Of a stretch of DNA of 43,532 nt, positions 42,751-43,532 are shown one piece after another (positions within the stretch are counted from its first letter, which is position 1; every line of letters begins with the position of its first letter). The DNA lies in NCBI GenBank assembly GCA_023251975.1, contig JAHEXU010000003.1:1-43532 (forward strand). The letters run 5' to 3'. Position numbers and translations under genes: made by a program. The notes under the pieces are model-generated. The model did not search any database and was not told the DNA's origin. It saw only the letters and a list, made by a program, of their open reading frames with translations. This DNA comes from a bacterium. GTDB lineage: Bacteria; Actinomycetota; Thermoleophilia; Solirubrobacterales; 70-9.

Positions 42751-43091
42751 CAGACCAGCACCGCCAGACCGTCGGCGGCGGCGATGACCGGTGCCGTCGC
42801 ATCCTCGGCGACCGCGGTCCGCGACCAGACAACCTCGGCGACCGCGCGCGCACGCAGCTTGCCGTCGTCACCAACGATTCGCCACCCAAAGCTGACTAGC
42901 CCGGAGCCCTCATCGAGCGGGCGGGCTTGCAGCAATTCGCTGTGGACTCGGATTCCCTCGCCGACCGCCAGCGGCGCCTTGAAGACCGCATCGCGAATCC
43001 ACCGCAGCGCGATCACCCGCGCCGGGTCGAGCGCCAACAGCCCGACCGCGGTCGACAAGACCAGCATCCCGTGGACGATCCTGCCACCGAG
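42750..43091 (-). pseudogene. MaoC/hot-dog dehydratase gene lacking its 5' part (hydratase-2 motif absent), fused to intron RT sequence
   Basis: GRIVHGMLVLSTAVGLLALD...GEGIRVHSELLQARPLDEGSGLVSFGWRIVGDDGKL is the central and C-terminal hot-dog sequence. The expected upstream G-D-x-N-P-x-H segment is replaced by reverse transcriptase residues. Confidence 0.55.
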
Positions 43092-43532
43092 GATCGACAG
43101 CGGGCGCTGCTCATCTGAGCCGGGCTTCGCGATGAAGACCCGGCGCATCGCTGAGATTCGGTAGCTGCCGTCCTTTAGCTCGCTTTCGAGATCGTCGAGG
43201 AAGGCGGCAACGCCGCCGTCCTCGATCTGCTCGATAGTCTGAGCGTCGATAACCGGCTGTGCCGCGATTGCGGCCCACCCTGCTCCACCCTCGCTCCAAG
43301 ATGTCGGTGCGATGGAACTTGTCGTAGAGCGTGTGGAATCGTCTTTCGGGATCGGCCTTGGCCGCCCGGTAGAGCGCTCGTTGCAGTTCTCGGGTTGTCT
43401 GTTTGTGTTTGGCGGCCATAGCCTTGCGGCACTCGCCGTCCCTTCCGTGCTCGGATACGCGTTGGTGAAGTAGCGGCCCTTCCCATCGCCCGTCGTTTTG
43501 TTGTCGATCGGGCTCGAGCGGTACTACGGCCG
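43091..43532 (-). mobile_element. group II intron fragment: 5' part of the reverse transcriptase/maturase ORF (frameshifted, truncated) plus upstream intron RNA sequence running off the window
   Basis: - MAAKHKQTTRELQRALYRAAKADPERRFHTLYDKFHRTDILERGWSRVGRNRGTAG (ATG 43419).
- After a 1-nt shift near 43251: IDAQTIEQIEDGGVAAFLDDLESELKDGSYRISAMRRVFIAKPGSDEQRPLSI.
- These are the classic RT domain 0/1 blocks of group II intron proteins. Confidence 0.7.

Noticed and set aside
1-43532. Search for tRNA, rRNA, CRISPR arrays and full-length insertion sequences
   Set aside because: - No T-loop-like GGTTCGAATCC-type element outside coding frames.
- No rRNA-like conserved blocks.
- No regularly spaced direct repeats.
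- Only truncated mobile-element pieces: the transposase fragment at 23390-23572 and the group II intron fragment at the right edge.

Overview
High-GC, Actinomycetota-like chromosomal segment. All calls come from reading motifs in the supplied translations and DNA by eye; no database search was possible.

- **1-12.1 kb:** conserved translation/RNA-processing core cluster on the + strand: rimP (3' end), nusA, infB, rbfA, nrnA-like DHH phosphoesterase, truB, ribF, rpsO, then a peroxiredoxin, a DsbA-like protein, pnp and an M16 peptidase.
- **12.1-21.4 kb:** accessory genes. These are an RTX-like gene broken by an 8-bp tandem duplication, a lower-GC patch with hypothetical genes, a cytochrome P450 with two tandem TetR regulators plus a third TetR remnant, an integral membrane protein, and an HxlR regulator divergent from a Rieske dioxygenase alpha/beta pair.
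- **21.4-38.8 kb:** toxin-antitoxin-rich island with decayed gene fragments and a transposase remnant. Its core (24131-37450) is a tightly coupled five-gene cassette: SNF2 helicase, very large N6-adenine methyltransferase, large helicase, DUF1998 protein, PLD nuclease. This matches the class 1 DISARM defence architecture (drmD-drmMI-drmA-drmB-drmC). A RelE/ParE-like ORF with an in-frame TGA is coupled to its 3' end.
- **38.9-43.1 kb (- strand):** FabI/InhA-like reductase, CitE-like lyase, double hot-dog MaoC hydratase and a family III CoA-transferase.
- **Right edge:** a truncated, frameshifted group II intron reverse transcriptase fused in frame to a 5'-truncated hot-dog gene.

No rRNA, tRNA or CRISPR array was seen.
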